Below are positions 61,754 through 64,000 of a DNA stretch of 64,000 nt, in pieces. Source of the DNA: Styela clava. Taxonomy: Eukaryota. Both the position numbers and the translations under genes were made by a program. The stretch spans positions 4,030,001-4,094,000 of the forward strand of contig NC_135250.1 of NCBI RefSeq assembly GCF_964204865.1, given 5' to 3'. Position 1 is the stretch's first letter; every line of letters starts with the position of its first letter. The notes beneath the pieces are model-generated. The model had not been told where the DNA came from and searched no databases. It was given only the letters and a program-made list of their open reading frames with translations.

Positions 61754-62981
61754 TAAAATGGGTACACAAAGCCGAACCGAAAAGTTTAAAAAAAAGCTCC
61801 AGACCTTTGAAGTACAGAGCCATGTATGGGGTGACAAGCGTATAAAGGGTTCTATGATGAAAATATCTGATCTTAAACTTTGAAATTTGGTACTGGTATT
61901 GTTTATTCTGCAAATATCCTTTATGAATATGAAGTATTTCAGCATGGATTTTTTATTGAACAACCTCTCAACGGGGTTACCGGTTACTAATTTTTGTATA
62001 TTATTAGAACTTAGCTCTAATTTGTTTTGTTATTCCCACCACTGCTCAAGATAGCTGTTCTGCTGTATATTAACGTATCTACTTCAGTGTTCATGGGAAT
62101 TTCATTTGATTAATTTAATTGAAGTTTTGTCCTGTGATTTGCTGAGTGATTGAAATTAGGCAATTGTCAGGGATGGCAAAGACTGTGCCGTTGTCGGTCA
62201 TGTGGGCAACAAAGTAGGCCGTGAAGTGTCCGAATTAAGAAACTTCCTTGGTGCACATACTTTGTGAGCACCCATTATTGTTTCGAAACCCAAACCATTG
62301 AACTCAACAAACTTTTGCAAAACCTCTATAAAGTGTAACAAGTTTAATGAAGTGGCGAAACCTAACACAGACTCTCAGGTTAGAATGGAAACTTGCGAAA
62401 CCCGAGGGTGTCACAGAATTGAGGTTATCATCTATCATTGGCAGCCTGTGATATAAACGGATTCACGCTGTGAAATTCAAAATGTCTTCAACATTCCATC
62501 GCTTACAAAATAAATGAGAAATCCTTGACGTAACATAACTTGATATTAATAAAATAAAGACACATATATATATTTGAATTAGTAGCAAGCAATTAACGCT
62601 AAGAATACGGAAAGGATAGCACAGTCAGGAGCAGTGTAGTATATAAATCTTGCGTGAAAGCTGTATAGAAACAGAAAAAAAACATGGATATCGATTAGTT
62701 GGAGCAGTTTCAAATAAAACCAATGAAACTTAAAGTCCTGAAGCAGAGTGCCCCACAACAGAATGGATCCCCAGATAAACCTTTTATTCTTAATATTAGC
62801 TCCCAAACCCAATAAGGGATGAATAAACATTGGCATTCCGAGGCATTGTAGATGCATTTGCTGTATATACTATTACTGCCATAATCAGCAGTGCAATAAC
62901 ATTGTATGAGGTAGAACATCTCTATCTAACTGCACACCGAGTTGAAATAAAGTCTTATATTAATTTGGAATGGATGGTTAC

Positions 62982-63221
62982 TAGGGCTGGGCACTTCGAA
63001 TCGGAGGATGAATAATTCAAATCGGTTGAGACAGAATTTTGAATCGCTGCCATCTTGTATTTTGAGTCTGCCAAATGTCGGAGTGAATCCTTTCAATATT
63101 TGTTTTTATTAGACCCATTATAATTAAAAATGTCACATACATATCTCTTAGTGTTTGAGATTCGATTCCACAAAAAAAATAGATTCTGAAATGATTCGGT
63201 ATTCAAGAACGCCCAGCCCTA
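62982..63221. mobile_element. hAT-type MITE (TAGGGCTGGGCA family), shorter diverged copy
   Basis: TAGGGCTGGGCA .. GCCCAGCCCTA ends; internal similarity to 1467-1846. Confidence 0.7.
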
Positions 63222-64000
63222 ATGGATCTATATTCAAAGCTTTTTTAAAATCAGTACCAATCGGCCAATGAAAAAACTTGAAGAATGCGGTATTCCATTG
63301 GATTTGACCATAAATCGCCTGAAAAAAATTAAGGCCCCAAACGAGGTATGTAGGTACTACTGTTTTTTTTCAACAACCAGTACAGCCGAGAACTCTGTAA
63401 GTCATATTCAGGTGCCATCCAATGTCAGCACAGTATCAGCGATACATAAGCATATTTAAAAAAACATGGTCCAACATGTCATTAATTAATTTTTACATAC
63501 CTATCCCGAAACAATCTGCACCCTACAGACACTCGGAAATCGTAGCGATTTTCATTTTGAAAAACAACCACAAAACATGATTAGATATAATTAAATAGGC
63601 AAAACAAATGATTGTGAATTGTGCAATAATAAAATAAAGAATGGATTCTTAAAATCGTTTCGCAGATCACATAATTTTGTTTCTAATGGAACTTCCTCAG
63701 CACCTGAGATATTTATCTGATAAAGATCAATTCTTCCATTTGGTTTCCTGAAAAAAATTGAATTTTGTGTTTTTTATGTTGGAACGCATACATGCAGTAA
63801 TTGCAAGGTGAAAGAGTTTGGTATTTTTGCTGGCGATCGAGACAATATCATAATTTCAAACACCTGGGAGCATAGTTTCTTCTGAGGTGTGCTCTTGCGG
63901 CATTGCGCAGTAAAATCATCCCAGAGGGAAGGAACACTGCTTGGCAGGGAAACAGGGTTGTAATTTATTACTTTTAAGGTGAAAACCAACAAAAAAGCTT

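Noticed and set aside
62579-63015. Overlapping hydrophobic or Cys-rich ORFs
   Set aside because: No recognisable domain or consistent splice structure; typical of AT-rich non-coding DNA.

Overview
AT-rich, intron-containing eukaryotic DNA, most likely from an ascidian (tunicate). That assignment is an inference from the actin intron positions, the intronless housekeeping genes and the repeat content. I built gene models by hand from GT-AG sites. They are: three TPMT-family methyltransferases (two form a head-to-head inverted duplication around a large palindrome, and one of those is frameshifted), SEC63, a 7-exon highly divergent actin-related gene, MRPL38, GMPPA, the pseudophosphatase STYX, RSPH9 and RPUSD2. 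The non-coding DNA is dense in short DNA transposons, many with clear target-site duplications (TSDs). These include about 16 copies of a GG..CC-ended, 8-bp-TSD (Merlin-like) MITE family carrying telomere-like and YY1-like motifs, several hAT MITEs, a MULE-like foldback, Tc1/mariner MITEs and a tRNA-derived SINE. Best leads: (1) the palindromic TPMT pair; (2) an Arg-to-Tyr change shared by all three TPMT-like proteins that resembles halide/thiol methyltransferases; (3) an actin that keeps the cytoplasmic-actin intron pattern but has lost the ATP-hydrolysis residues; (4) an unannotated candidate secreted-peptide gene; (5) a candidate 4-exon non-coding or decayed transcript upstream of SEC63. 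All homology calls come from recalled family motifs; no searches were run.
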